The notes under the pieces were generated by a model. The model was not told the DNA's origin. It was given only the letters and a program-made list of their open reading frames with translations, and made no database searches. This document shows, piece by piece, positions 40,601-48,198 of a stretch of 64,000 nucleotides of DNA. A program made the translations under genes and the position numbers. The stretch covers positions 1 through 64,000 of the IMG/VR virus record IMGVR_UViG_3300043823_000114; one strand, 5' to 3'. The DNA is from a virus. How positions within the stretch are numbered: position 1 is the stretch's first letter; every line of letters begins with the position of its first letter.

Positions 40601-41111
40601 TACTAAATGTATAACTGCCAGTAGCAGGGTTTCTAGTAACTGTAAACGTCTCTAGAATCGGCACTGTGCTAGCGAACACTGAAACTGCTTGTGGGCCGTT
40701 CTCTAACCAATAATACTGATTAAAGTTTACAAATTTATCAAAGTCAAAAAGACCATCATAGCTGTAACTTTCCCCACTGTACAGCCTACTTTGATTATCA
40801 GTCAAACCACCGTAGTGGTTAATCTGATTCAATGTATCAATGTAACTAGCGTAAAACTGATTTTCCCCAGTTACTGGATTATCTATAACAACACTAGGCT
40901 CAAGCTGATAGTTTTGTCGTTGCGCAGTGGGTTCAGGTACATAGTTGTCAGTACTCTTGAACGTTGGTGCAAATTTTCTACCCACATAGCCGTTGATATT
41001 ACGCAAATCCGGTTGCGTAACTAATTGATCTAAGGTTGCATTTAAGAACTTTTTATTTGCGTCGGTTCTATATGTTTCTGGTAAAAAGTTTGTTGTTTTA
41101 ATTTGTGCCAT
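28635..41111 (-). CDS. Giant (4158 aa) baseplate wedge/structural protein with beta-propeller (FG-GAP-like) repeats
   Basis: Directly downstream of gp6-like gene; FG.S......VGAP-type repeats; YINEVKPYRT; GSGY...P.V repeats. Confidence 0.7.
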   Translation of the reverse strand: MAQIKTTNFLPETYRTDANKKFLNATLDQLVTQPDLRNINGYVGRKFAPTFKSTDNYVPEPTAQRQNYQLEPSVVIDNPVTGENQFYASYIDTLNQINHYGGLTDNQSRLYSGESYSYDGLFDFDKFVNFNQYYWLENGPQAVSVFASTVPILETFTVTRNPATGSYTFSTASGVENPNIQLAYGGTYQFIVNQPGYSFWIQTNPGTSGTKNNQTSLSSRDVLGVTNNGADVGTITFNVPQPTAQDFYVRLTLAGTADLSTALSYTQVQGQRLSAIVAAGENGFDGVNAINQLNLKSLIFINTDLDDSKWTVNSQTVPVASRRNAWQISLSSDADPIVTLNPLLQAFTIGAQQRVFVRSGLTRAEYSYFLANDYLSLNLFNLMPDITAPLTALYYQDAAVSGMVGQFSMLFADQGVVDVENTILGSTGYKSPNGVVFTNGLAVTFDATATPAAYQGNTYYVEGVGTGIKLIDVSKFINPEPFAVNGLGTADYITINRASIDLNPWTRSNRWFHIDIINASAAYNGVTPVLDQSTRANRPIIEFEADIQLFNYGHVGVAPVDLIDFTNSDSRSTVELQPYGTTLDGVTLEQGMRVIFANDFDPTVRDKVFVVNVVDISSNLVINLAPATDENIYANNNLVIMSGPYKGLQYYYTGSSWVQGQQKNGINQSPLFDIFDDTGTSISTYTNSTFAGTQIFSYAIGTGVNDPVLGFPLSYRNFNQIGDIQFTNNFDSDTFNFTDGAGTAQSDVNINSVGWLQQNSDLTNSTIRNSWTTNTEQEKQFQIISGVYDGNNSYFQIDITNSTEATVPYFRVYRNSIQTTDWETITVGVLNYVHITDPDLTTGDQIDILIYNSSAVSQLGYYEVPKNLDFNSKNANFTTLTLGQLRNHLSTMVANSNQVVGSFPGSSNLRDLNIKPQGGSILQHASPALAVPIALVDPYFNFVDGLDLARREYSKFKNKILELSARTAGLDFTNIPVLLDTLLKTINAVKSSSFPWYYSDMVPYGDIKNTITYTVESAEITGYEISNIFSDTTLSNQAVLVYLNNAQLVKDQDYTFDANVAGITITTPLTIGDTITINEYSSTDGCYIPETPTKLGLYPKFAPEKYYDTTYITPTNVIQGHDGSITPAFGDYRDDLLLEFEKRIYNNIKVNPTNQVFSVYDFLPGKFRTTDYSNSEFTQLLTTSFLKWAGDNRIDYITNTTFVASNEFTYNYDRFVDVINGAPLPGNWRAIFKYYFDTDRPHTNPWEMIGFTTMPSWWETRYGPAPYTGGNMVLWDDMAAGIVWNNGNPYVDSRFVRTGLQTIIPVDATGVLLAPADFIVKSFNSRDASADWRIGDQGPVETAWRRSSDFPYAFQRAMAMAKPAFYFGTLVNVNDYYKNTELNQFICASTLQRITPASTAINGNISDTNTIQRSASYLNWMADNLRYLGINPNSYINLSIINVILSYKMAGFTDSSFIQVIAEQSSPTSTNNGVVIPNESYRILLQSSTPTNSVTYSAVIVEKTASGFTVSGYDTTTPYFTIIPSLVNGRSYSIPVLQDAAVVYQDYQKYKITIPYGYEFTTRQQVVDFLVSYQRYLQGVGFKFIDSDPDLGVQRDFLLSAKEFLTWAQQGWNASSILVLSPILNHTTLFTPLGVVDKIDNQPGSSCVLDTSYNFVKYSQMSVNRQNSATGNTCDITVNGGQTIALIKLDVVEYEHVMLFDNKDIFNDIIYVPELGNRQYRLKLVGKKTGSWTGAMNPPGFVFNNTTVDAWQQGKDYLLGAIVSYKSFNYTALQDIPAATTFDNTLWARLSSDELKTGLLPNFSYNAEKFNRFNDVDNPEVLGDFHLYSDSAIGFQPRDYLTNFGLDEVTQAKFYQGYIRQKGTMNAITAFTATGVNGTTSEIDVYEEWAMRVGEYGALDNNRSVDLILTEGTFNGDPVTLQLLPNNGSSISGIIGVQPSQLYKTEGSYTPSIYVNRDASSNYKNDVQTAGYVNINDITTTVFDINANLNDLSANIDQYGIASTVWTARDLTGNWNVFRINETDVNVTQVSYSVDNIGVITTSSPHNVAYGDIVVLSNFDVRVNAFYRVYGVVDAYNFSVVFQAQAADQIKQAIKIAGTGSLYRLQSVRLDSPTDLNSIAPLHDWLDNDKLWVDTDAETGGWVVYNKSTPWSGNTSIFNPSMKLDANSYISNVGFGTVSTISASGAFAAASSSLLNNGNVYAFVSNVTNNNTLTLVANIGQYSGGTKFGASLDTSGNFLYIGNPGNGSTQYGRVHIYEFNGNASFLWQQTLTSPSLSNVGDLFGSSISASADGLWLYVSAPNAGNVYVYQANTVGFYTSYSYANTISVGSSSSSQFGYNVKTTSTGNQVAISAPYQAVNGVTAAGTVYVFDRSIESFVANGTTYTTTYSNVNSQSRVTVNGNLATSGYTFTGTTLTFTTAPVIGSLINVETNKFNLLETITSPNPTSGGAFGTTTSISGNDADVYIASPGYSAPGYFSGIVYRYVNQGASYGSITGTTYNGNVSLGDSIRINGINVAFTAGNTITAAQNINSANIAGVTAIAQGYGALTITSNVTTPYQKLIIGPGNGNAMANLGLSVFSIAQTLKHPGTEDVAQYGSQILSSPNSETLVVSANGGSTENTTSFDTDTTTFDLNNSIFIDTIEGSGVVYIYGLVNSSLSGNVQDQYVLVQRLQNNSLSPHDQFGYSVAMNGNTMIVGAPGDSNSTAFDPSNTWIVYNATTGAPMPISNAGTFYTYNNFNGNIGWDIVNQETEKVDIDSISRMYLYNVNNSVISTNLDYIDPAKGKVLGAAQEDLDFITAYDPAVYNSVGSVDSIPNLAYSLDYHWGPDQTTKTWWNTGVLRYIDYEQGNLTYRANNWGMMFPGSQVQVCEWVSSDLPPSAYDGLGTPLYADNSAYVVETTINPTTKLPKSTYYYWVYGKNSLEQSSVHRNTVSTIQDIIENPQSQSIPYATVIQDDTVSLHGISNYLSGNSTVLHVDYDTIRNSHVIHSEYQLVQEGNPSSTIPTRIVEKIIDSLSGIDANGFAVPDASLSVQESIGLNNAPNQTLFVNRTTALQNWVEFVNGILIQYPVVEEFNINPLYASAPLPDYTTYDIQVATYEELGYIDTGVLAAGYTVLVLADETKSGIWTTYEWSGTTWVLTSEQSYYTPFYWSKTDWYDSTYDSTVLATYVVATAADISTLTLVAGDTVKVLNNGNGEFAVYRVNSDLTTNVVGIQNGTIQLSSTLYTSNVTGNEIRIIFNAIQNNIFIDTLAVYFNQMFFTLINYVLTEQPAVDWVFKTSFISILHKFKTLGQPASYSPDNQTYYEDYINEVKPYRTSIREYKLDYQGNDEYYGDTTDFDIPSTYIDAFGAYRSPNGSDPRDSTLLSTLPQYSQWYNNHTYGIGSVFVSNAGSGYVVTPSVTVVGGGGTGANIQAIVNFSTGGIESFEVINPGSGYTSQPTIFINGTGSGAFGYAKLVNHYQVDSLPTTQLATYSNVTVYVGNIITQQNTGAYGTVYTTITNSNVVTLVDTVGSFNTTDYIFSDAANLHSNVTSISSFTQFINNSYNTVRNFATTIAFDRITYNSNIIAWMPNITVANSSIVSYNGQAYQATANVYSSAILTTSGNIQANIGDYITQKNTTANARVLSVNSTKQTITVGNLTTNFVRRDGNILVNGTDSNVNPIAISNVFDYTKYNLLNANSFSNASDRITAYYQPTAGMPGNDLAQLMTGIEYPGVNVTGVTYEANTSVFSSNLIYTWANTRAIYSANVQIPTVTLDLTNSAVVYTGNVITQAVSGASGVVYNTSVGNLVTLVDVVGTFDNNATHWISANTANLGVTVASSSSFNQITTENLVDFTQYNYASGQPIVLVDTDTSQSYELNITEVDPWQIIVSGSLPTTSIGANLVLKYYDFNNPTYLDTTIQNTYTNSNVYSIIDGGAYYDTASSHAPEEFVPGVTYDNLNMTVYTGMNGLAANVGLPLSANLIAQGFTANIGYRIVQNMNGNASGTNTAIWPQYYGISESHITTLTANLNITDSNIHIANAQAISSPNVSKLIPGVVFINGEKIVFWGIDMVNNVLTNIRRAVDGTGAANVYTVGTQVVDTNINFLIPGGNLVHTTTWLNQSSGAPQDFVDNLSDLVTDNFGNILATTGANVGAVTDGLGLEGSNTVEAQYIKGLS

Positions 41112-41112
41112 A

Positions 41113-44100
41113 TTAAACTACTATTCCCAATCCTGCTAGTGTTTGGTTAATTTGTGCCGCTGTGATTGCGCTGATGATTTGCACATTGTCTGCTGTTGCC
41201 GCGCTGACCATGATTTCGTCTGGATTGCTATTGATTTGCAATAGTCCCCCGAAAGCAACATCTGTGCTTGTTGGTACAATAATAATACTTGCTACATTAG
41301 GAGCCAAAGCATTGTGTAGATACGTGCTTAGTTCACTAAAATAGAAAGTATCACCAAAGTCCCAGTTAGCTGTATCAAAATAAGTATTGATGGCAGCAAT
41401 AGTGCTACTGATAACATCATTGTCGCTGACATTCACATTTGGATTCTTAACGATCTTAAATGTTGCTTGCAAGTTTGTGTCAGCTTTTGCCCCGAACAAT
41501 GGTTTATATTTACCAGCATTGTATACTAGTGTGTCACTGATAGCTTTGTAGTTTTCTAAACTACTTGTACCAGTACCATACTCTGTCTTTAAATCATCGT
41601 TTGTGGGCAGAGTTGGTTGAGTAACGACTCCCGAAGTGTCTTGTATCCATGCAAGATAATCGGCACTATAAGCTGTCGTTAGGATATACAAATCAATCAT
41701 GTTATTTGGAGCAGGATCGATACGACGATCATTTGGACTACTATGGCGATATTGGAATTGTAAGTTTTGACGACCCACTTCTGCTACATAATTTGTCAAT
41801 AGTGATAAGCTACGAACATTTGTGCTACTGATAGATAACTGATAGAAGTTATTTTCGCTAGTAGCATAGAATACCTGCCCACTCAAATATAAATTCCAGT
41901 TTGCAGTTATTGCACTCTGTGTAGCATAGACGCTAACAACTGTTGAGTTATCTACTGGGGCACTTGTTAAGAAGTTATCAGTTCCAAGAATTTCTTGGAA
42001 GAACACATACTTGTATTGTGGATTCACTGTTGGATTTACTGTATTTGTAAATAAATCTGGATCATCTGGAACGCCATCGTTATTAGTTTGTGGGAATGTA
42101 ACTTTAATCTGTGTGTTGTCTACATATCCGTCTTGATCTATCACTTGATCATATATGTACCACAGTTGATCTTGTCCAATCGGACTAGAATTGTCTGGTT
42201 GTGTATTTGTTTTTAATACTGTGATTTGATCATTGATTGTTAAACCAGTTGTACTATCAAATGTTTTAACATCTGGATCGAAATAAAATCGTGTCTCTCT
42301 GGCACTTTGAAAAACATATTCAAGTCCACGTTGAGCGATATCGTAAATTACCCCGTTATAAGTAAATGCTAATAGCCAACTACTATCTAGACCCATACCA
42401 GTAGTATCACCTTGATTTGTTAAACTAAACGAACCTAAATTTAAGTTCTGTGGCAAAATAATTTGCCAAGACTGAGTTGCATTGTTATAACTTAAGCCAA
42501 TATTTTGATAGCTCTGTAATAATCTAACCAAAGTAGCAATAAATGATCCAGTGGGTAGAGAATTATTGAATACTGGTATAACACTAGAAACTACCGCCCC
42601 TGATGGGATATTTTGACTCAATTGTACTTGGAATCCAGTATTGGCACTAACTACACTGGCCCACAAATAAGTGTGTTGATTTGGATATTGTGGTGTGCCC
42701 ACTTGAATATTATTTTGTGCATCGAAATAATTTCCTGCACCAGCAGTGAACTTAATCAATGAACCAGTAGTGATGTATTGTAGACTACTGCTTACTCCCA
42801 TGCCAATTTGTTGTACTACATTACTACCATTTACAAAATATCCAGTACTGCTATTGCCAGTGGCACTGCTTTGTGACCATACTGTATTAGTGGGAGCAGT
42901 GTATCTTGGGAAGTTAGCGTAATAGTATTGCAACATAGGGGTGCCAGCTACTATCGGAGCAACTGTATTGTAGATTGCTTGATACACATCCTGTGCTGTT
43001 GTGAAACTAAATGCTGTAGTTTCTGTTGGAGTTTGTTCGTATAATATTCCATCAGCACAGAAGATATTTGTACTAGAATATTTACCAGTTACATCTAGAA
43101 CATCCAAGAAACGACTAGTCCCACTACTTGTGCGATTGACTGCTTTAGCTTTTAGAATACTACTGAAATTAGTATATGGCAGAAGATTATAATCTTCACC
43201 AGTAATCATACGATTTTGTGTGTAGTATTGTGCGGGCGCCTTAGCACGGATATCATCAATACTTTCACGGGTCTGTGCATTAGCAACTGTATATTGCAAA
43301 CTTGCAGTAATAGTTACAGTTTCTATAGAATTATTTCTACTTACGTATGGGAAACTAAATGAAATGCTTTGCATCTCATCTGGGGTAATCTTATATTGCA
43401 GACCATTACTAGTTCTGTAATAGAGTCTGAATATACCCTGTGGAATGTTGGCAAAACTACCGTCACCGAATACTAAATCAACTTGATCGTTGGTTCTACT
43501 ATTAACTTGGTAAAGATTTCTATCAGTACTTTGATTGTAAATGACATTAATACCAGCGACAGCGGGAACTTGTGCCCAAGCAGTCGCAGGATTACCGTTA
43601 ACATCCAATTGATATAACCACACATCGTCATTGTTAATATTGTTGAAATTAACATTGACTACACGATTTGGTAAGCTCTGCGTTAAGTTAAAATCTTGTG
43701 TGCTTAATGTACCCTGTTTAAAATATAAGAAATATCCAGTGTTTACACTATTATTACCCAAGTTATCATTTCGATAAAGAAAGTTAAACTTACCAGTAGG
43801 AATTGGATCTGGTTCATAAACATATGTTTGATTTGCAGATGATGCACCAACAGCTTCAAAAGCCATGTTTGTATTTTCTACAATAGCATTGAAACTCTGT
43901 CTAGGCAATGTGCCGGGAGTTAAGTTTATACTATATTCGTCAGTCTGTATCCCAGCAATGCTTTGACTATTGGCTGGTTTACCGATAACTTGATTGTTGA
44001 TTAAGGCTGCATTTAATACTGTAATAAACTGCTCTTGCCAGTCTTGATTAGCAGTATCGTTCCAGTTAATCTGAATATTGCTTAGATTTAACCCGTTGCT

Positions 44101-44493
44101 GTCAAATACATTTTCTGTTGTGCTAACGCTGTCGAACTTCAAATAACCGCTGGCTTCGATATTACGCTTTGGATTATAGCTAATCAAACGAGCAAGTTTA
44201 AGAATACTGTCTCTGCGTTCTGCTGTGTCAAAGAAGTTTTCACGGGCATTCATGTCCGTTCTGAACGCTAAACTTTGACCCAAGAATGCGATTAAATCAA
44301 TAAGTGCGATATATTCACTTGATTCTGTAAAGTCGTTGAAATCTTCTGGATAATAATTACGCAAGTAATCAATCATGGTCTTGCGTAGTGTCTCAAAGTC
44401 GTAACTTTGGAAGTCAGCTTGTTTAAATGTTTGGTAAACCGTTGTCCAGTCTTGGTTTACTAATAAGTTGGTCTGACGAGTTGTGATTGACAT
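41113..44493 (-). CDS. Baseplate wedge protein, T4 gp6-like
   Basis: DFETLR...DFNDF.ESS...ENFFDTAERRDSIL.LA..ISY.P; FGDG; ESIDDIR..AP..YYTQNRMIT.EDY. Confidence 0.85.
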   Translation of the reverse strand: MSITTRQTNLLVNQDWTTVYQTFKQADFQSYDFETLRKTMIDYLRNYYPEDFNDFTESSEYIALIDLIAFLGQSLAFRTDMNARENFFDTAERRDSILKLARLISYNPKRNIEASGYLKFDSVSTTENVFDSNGLNLSNIQINWNDTANQDWQEQFITVLNAALINNQVIGKPANSQSIAGIQTDEYSINLTPGTLPRQSFNAIVENTNMAFEAVGASSANQTYVYEPDPIPTGKFNFLYRNDNLGNNSVNTGYFLYFKQGTLSTQDFNLTQSLPNRVVNVNFNNINNDDVWLYQLDVNGNPATAWAQVPAVAGINVIYNQSTDRNLYQVNSRTNDQVDLVFGDGSFANIPQGIFRLYYRTSNGLQYKITPDEMQSISFSFPYVSRNNSIETVTITASLQYTVANAQTRESIDDIRAKAPAQYYTQNRMITGEDYNLLPYTNFSSILKAKAVNRTSSGTSRFLDVLDVTGKYSSTNIFCADGILYEQTPTETTAFSFTTAQDVYQAIYNTVAPIVAGTPMLQYYYANFPRYTAPTNTVWSQSSATGNSSTGYFVNGSNVVQQIGMGVSSSLQYITTGSLIKFTAGAGNYFDAQNNIQVGTPQYPNQHTYLWASVVSANTGFQVQLSQNIPSGAVVSSVIPVFNNSLPTGSFIATLVRLLQSYQNIGLSYNNATQSWQIILPQNLNLGSFSLTNQGDTTGMGLDSSWLLAFTYNGVIYDIAQRGLEYVFQSARETRFYFDPDVKTFDSTTGLTINDQITVLKTNTQPDNSSPIGQDQLWYIYDQVIDQDGYVDNTQIKVTFPQTNNDGVPDDPDLFTNTVNPTVNPQYKYVFFQEILGTDNFLTSAPVDNSTVVSVYATQSAITANWNLYLSGQVFYATSENNFYQLSISSTNVRSLSLLTNYVAEVGRQNLQFQYRHSSPNDRRIDPAPNNMIDLYILTTAYSADYLAWIQDTSGVVTQPTLPTNDDLKTEYGTGTSSLENYKAISDTLVYNAGKYKPLFGAKADTNLQATFKIVKNPNVNVSDNDVISSTIAAINTYFDTANWDFGDTFYFSELSTYLHNALAPNVASIIIVPTSTDVAFGGLLQINSNPDEIMVSAATADNVQIISAITAAQINQTLAGLGIVV

Positions 44494-44543
44494 TTAAAAT
44501 ACATCCGTTATCGTGTATTTATTACTTGTCAATATGTGCGTAG

Positions 44544-44930
44544 TTAATATGGACCGTTTGTAGTCAGCGTTTGTGAGTTAGAATCGAACTGTAAACTCAT
44601 GGAAGTCGCTTGATTTGTGGGTATATAAGTCAAATCTAGTTCGATTTGCATACCATAATCTTGCTCTGTTATCGTGATATTAGTAAGTGTGACTCTTGGG
44701 TCATAGTTAACAATAGTAGTAACGTCATCTATCACAAACTGTCTAGTCTGATCATCAAACGGTTCAAATAACAAACCCCAAATGATAGACCCGTAGTTTG
44801 GGTTCATCAATCTCTCACCTTTACGGGTACTAAAATGATTTAATAAATCTTGTTTAACCAAGTCAATGTCCGTAACACGAAATTTCTTGCTACGGTTGAT
44901 TGTACTGAATCCACGATATAGTATTGGCAT
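44544..44930 (-). CDS. Baseplate wedge subunit, T4 gp25-like
   Basis: LVKQDLLN...TRKGER.M.P.YGS...LLFEP...YDPRV. Confidence 0.85.
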   Translation of the reverse strand: MPILYRGFSTINRSKKFRVTDIDLVKQDLLNHFSTRKGERLMNPNYGSIIWGLLFEPFDDQTRQFVIDDVTTIVNYDPRVTLTNITITEQDYGMQIELDLTYIPTNQATSMSLQFDSNSQTLTTNGPY

Positions 44931-44940
44931 AGTCTAGTAT

Positions 44941-47900
44941 TTATTGCGATGCATTTGCTAGTTGGATGTGTACTGCATCAGGTTTACTGAATGTTCCACC
45001 CCAGCGTAACCCATAACTTGGAAGATCAACAGTTCTAGCAATTAATGGACATTGACTGCTATCAATGGCGACACCACTGTTGTGTGGACTACCTTTACCA
45101 CCCTGACTTAACGGTACCGCAGGGGTAGTGATACCACCAGCAGTAGGATTGTTTGGTCCACCACCTGCGGCTAGCCATTTTGAATAGATTGCATCTTGAT
45201 CTGCTGGACTGCGATAAGCACTAGTAATAGTAATCTTGCTACCAGCTTTTGATTTGAAATCTTGTGCCATCTTCAGAATCGCATCTTTAAATGTGCCATT
45301 TAGTTGATCAAAGTTTGCTCTTGTTCCGCTTGCCCCGCTGAATATAAACACATCATCGGGGTTGATACCTGTAGTATTATCACCACTTAGTCCAGAAGTC
45401 TGAGCAACACTTGCTACGGCGCCCCCAGCAGCCAGAATATCAACTGAGTATCTACCTTGATTATACATGGTAGCACCAGTTAGTGATGAATCCATTTGAT
45501 TGCTTGCGCTCATACCATCAGAACGCCATTGTTTTGCGGCATCTGCTGTTCTATATTCGTGAACAACAAACATCATACCAGCAGCCGTACAAACATCATC
45601 ATCTGACTTGATGCCACCATTGGCTATCAATGCTGAATAACTTGCAGTAAACTCATTAAACTGAATAGTTTCTTGAATACTTGGGCTATTGAAGAAATCA
45701 TCTTGACTCTGAATATTGTCACGACCAGTCCAGCTGTTGCTATTAGACAATGCACTGCTACCGTACTGAGTGATAGCGTCGGGCTTGATATAACCCGCAG
45801 TGGCTAAGTATTGAGCATCCACTGCGTATTTACCGATACGCTGACTATCACTAGAAACAAAACTATAGTTAAACTGACTCAAGAAATAACCCAACTCTGC
45901 CATCATGGCTTTAGCTTGAATTTGACTCAAGTTAGGAGTCGTTGCTCCGAAATTGTTTGCTGGACTGTATGTGGTAGTCTTGGCTAAGTATTCTGCCGGG
46001 CAAGTTGGTTCAGCAACTGGCTGACCACTGGCTTGTGTTATTCCAGCATCTGCTGAACTACTACCAGTGAGTACTGGATTGCCACTGCTATCTGTAACTG
46101 CTGAGCCTGACCCAGAAGCTAGAGCACCAGAAGGTGCCGCAGGACTCTGAGCACCCGCATTTGCAAGTGCTTGCTGAACTGTCGGTAACCACTTGGCCGC
46201 AGCCGCACCAACACTGGCTGCTGTAATGCTACCATCTGCGGCGTTCAATGATTTATTTTGTATTGCAACTTTACTGCCAGCAGGGGCAATGATATAGCTA
46301 CCTGGCTTACCAACAGCGGCTGGCCAGAAGATACAGTTGTATAAGTCTTGCAATGCCGGAGTAGGAGCTTTAGTATTAAGCCTAGTATATTGGAAGAATT
46401 TCAATACCCAGTCCATTTGATCTACACGACTCAATGATTTTAGTGTAGAAGTGCTTGTACCGATACCCGTTGCAGTTGTTGGCATAAACTGAATAAGACC
46501 AGTTGCACCGATACTATTCACTAATCCAGGATCAAATGTCGCCCCAGTTTCATTGGCCATACAAGCAAGAAGATCGATATAGTTACAGTTTAATGAGCTT
46601 GCAACGCTTTGAACTTTTGCGATAAATGCGCTATCAGTACTCCATGGAGTAGGAACTCCATTGACTTTACCGTTATCTGATTTGTTACCATTAGCCGCAG
46701 GCAGTGTATAGCTACCAGGTTGTCCCGCTGTTTTCGGAGCACAAATACTACTACTCACTGATTTTGTCAGAGGAGCTGGGGTACCTGTTCTTGTCCATGG
46801 TTCGTGACTTGGTAAAATCGTTACTATACTGTCAACGCTTTGTGGAACGCTGTACCACAACTTTGTCTTTTGATCGTCGAATGTAGTATCTGCAAGTTTA
46901 TTCTTTTGTAGAGTTGGCATGCTAATAGAATTGCCACCACTGCCACCATTGATATCAATAGTTGACCCTGATATGGTCATTGCACCACCGGAACTAACAT
47001 TTAATGTACCGTCTGCGCTCATTGTGAGTTGTCCAGCACCGATGTTAGTTTTTGCCCCGTAGATCAAGAAACTTTCACTGCCACCTAGATTTACTTGTGC
47101 TGAGTTCACAGTAAAACTAGTATCACTGACCATGTTTATATTTCCACCGCTTTGAAAATTGATGTCTTCGTCTGCATGAAAGTTAAATGTACCTTCACTA
47201 CGCACACTAAAATCACCCGCTGTGTATATTTTTATACCCGTTGCATCAATCTCTACCCAACTCGTCCCATCCATATGACTGACATACATTGTTTTTTGTT
47301 CGTCATTTAGCAATATTTGATGCCCAAATGCTGTGCGCAATCGAATCAGTTGATCTCTACCATTCACATCACCGTCATCCATAACGAATGTGTGACCACC
47401 TTTGCGAGTGGGAACGCTGTATTGATCTTCTGGGACTGTACCAGAGTTTACTTTGGCTGCGTAATCTGGATCATCTGCTGGATCTTTTGTCAGTGGACGA
47501 CCAGGAGTAGATATACCAAATACATGACTAGGAGTTTCTCTTTGTGCACTACTGCTAATAGCTCCACGAGTAGCATCACGATCTAGACCTTGTTTGAATA
47601 AGATGTTTGCCTGAAACTCATGCACTGGCTTTTTGTTAGTGTAAAAGGTCCCGTTGATATTGCTTTCTATATTTTCATTAAACTCTGCTACTGGCAATAC
47701 TTGCGGAGGCACATTGCTTTCGGGCAATATGCTTACCTTTATGTCATCACTAACAGTCGAAGTATCGACATTAGTACTGCTACCAACAGCGGGCAACATC
47801 CAGTTACTCAGATTTCCAGGAACACAAGCAAACCAGAACCCTTTGTCTGGATCACCGTTAACAAATGTACATAGAACTTGACTCCCGATATCAGGAGTAA

Positions 47901-48195
47901 CCATCCACATACCATAAGTGTGTTGCACTCCAGTAAAGCTATTGTTCTTACTGCTTTGTGGTTGATATGTAGTGCCTAAATATGGGCTAGCATAACTCAC
48001 TGTACGCCAGAATACTGGGTTCTGCTGATCGCCACCGAACTCTGGAATCCACACACGCAAACGCCCGTCTCGTGCTGGACTTAGATTGTCCATGACGAGG
48101 CCAAGCTGTGAGGCTGTTTCATATCTATAACCTGGAACAGCGTCTCTGTTATAGAATTTCGATGTCCGTCTACCTTGCGTTTTATCTTGTGCCAT
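44941..48195 (-). CDS. gp5/VgrG-like baseplate spike with lytic-transglycosylase-like and M15 peptidase domains
   Basis: GRLRVWIP OB fold, GHTFVMDD/GHQILLND beta-helix, ANETG...GATGLIQF, SAYRS...SPH..G.AID...D.VH. Confidence 0.8.
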   Translation of the reverse strand: MAQDKTQGRRTSKFYNRDAVPGYRYETASQLGLVMDNLSPARDGRLRVWIPEFGGDQQNPVFWRTVSYASPYLGTTYQPQSSKNNSFTGVQHTYGMWMVTPDIGSQVLCTFVNGDPDKGFWFACVPGNLSNWMLPAVGSSTNVDTSTVSDDIKVSILPESNVPPQVLPVAEFNENIESNINGTFYTNKKPVHEFQANILFKQGLDRDATRGAISSSAQRETPSHVFGISTPGRPLTKDPADDPDYAAKVNSGTVPEDQYSVPTRKGGHTFVMDDGDVNGRDQLIRLRTAFGHQILLNDEQKTMYVSHMDGTSWVEIDATGIKIYTAGDFSVRSEGTFNFHADEDINFQSGGNINMVSDTSFTVNSAQVNLGGSESFLIYGAKTNIGAGQLTMSADGTLNVSSGGAMTISGSTIDINGGSGGNSISMPTLQKNKLADTTFDDQKTKLWYSVPQSVDSIVTILPSHEPWTRTGTPAPLTKSVSSSICAPKTAGQPGSYTLPAANGNKSDNGKVNGVPTPWSTDSAFIAKVQSVASSLNCNYIDLLACMANETGATFDPGLVNSIGATGLIQFMPTTATGIGTSTSTLKSLSRVDQMDWVLKFFQYTRLNTKAPTPALQDLYNCIFWPAAVGKPGSYIIAPAGSKVAIQNKSLNAADGSITAASVGAAAAKWLPTVQQALANAGAQSPAAPSGALASGSGSAVTDSSGNPVLTGSSSADAGITQASGQPVAEPTCPAEYLAKTTTYSPANNFGATTPNLSQIQAKAMMAELGYFLSQFNYSFVSSDSQRIGKYAVDAQYLATAGYIKPDAITQYGSSALSNSNSWTGRDNIQSQDDFFNSPSIQETIQFNEFTASYSALIANGGIKSDDDVCTAAGMMFVVHEYRTADAAKQWRSDGMSASNQMDSSLTGATMYNQGRYSVDILAAGGAVASVAQTSGLSGDNTTGINPDDVFIFSGASGTRANFDQLNGTFKDAILKMAQDFKSKAGSKITITSAYRSPADQDAIYSKWLAAGGGPNNPTAGGITTPAVPLSQGGKGSPHNSGVAIDSSQCPLIARTVDLPSYGLRWGGTFSKPDAVHIQLANASQ

Positions 48196-48198
48196 ATA

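Noticed and set aside
44527-44532. TTGACA on the minus strand upstream of the gp6-like gene
   Set aside because: No -10 box at the proper spacing; a late box explains the site
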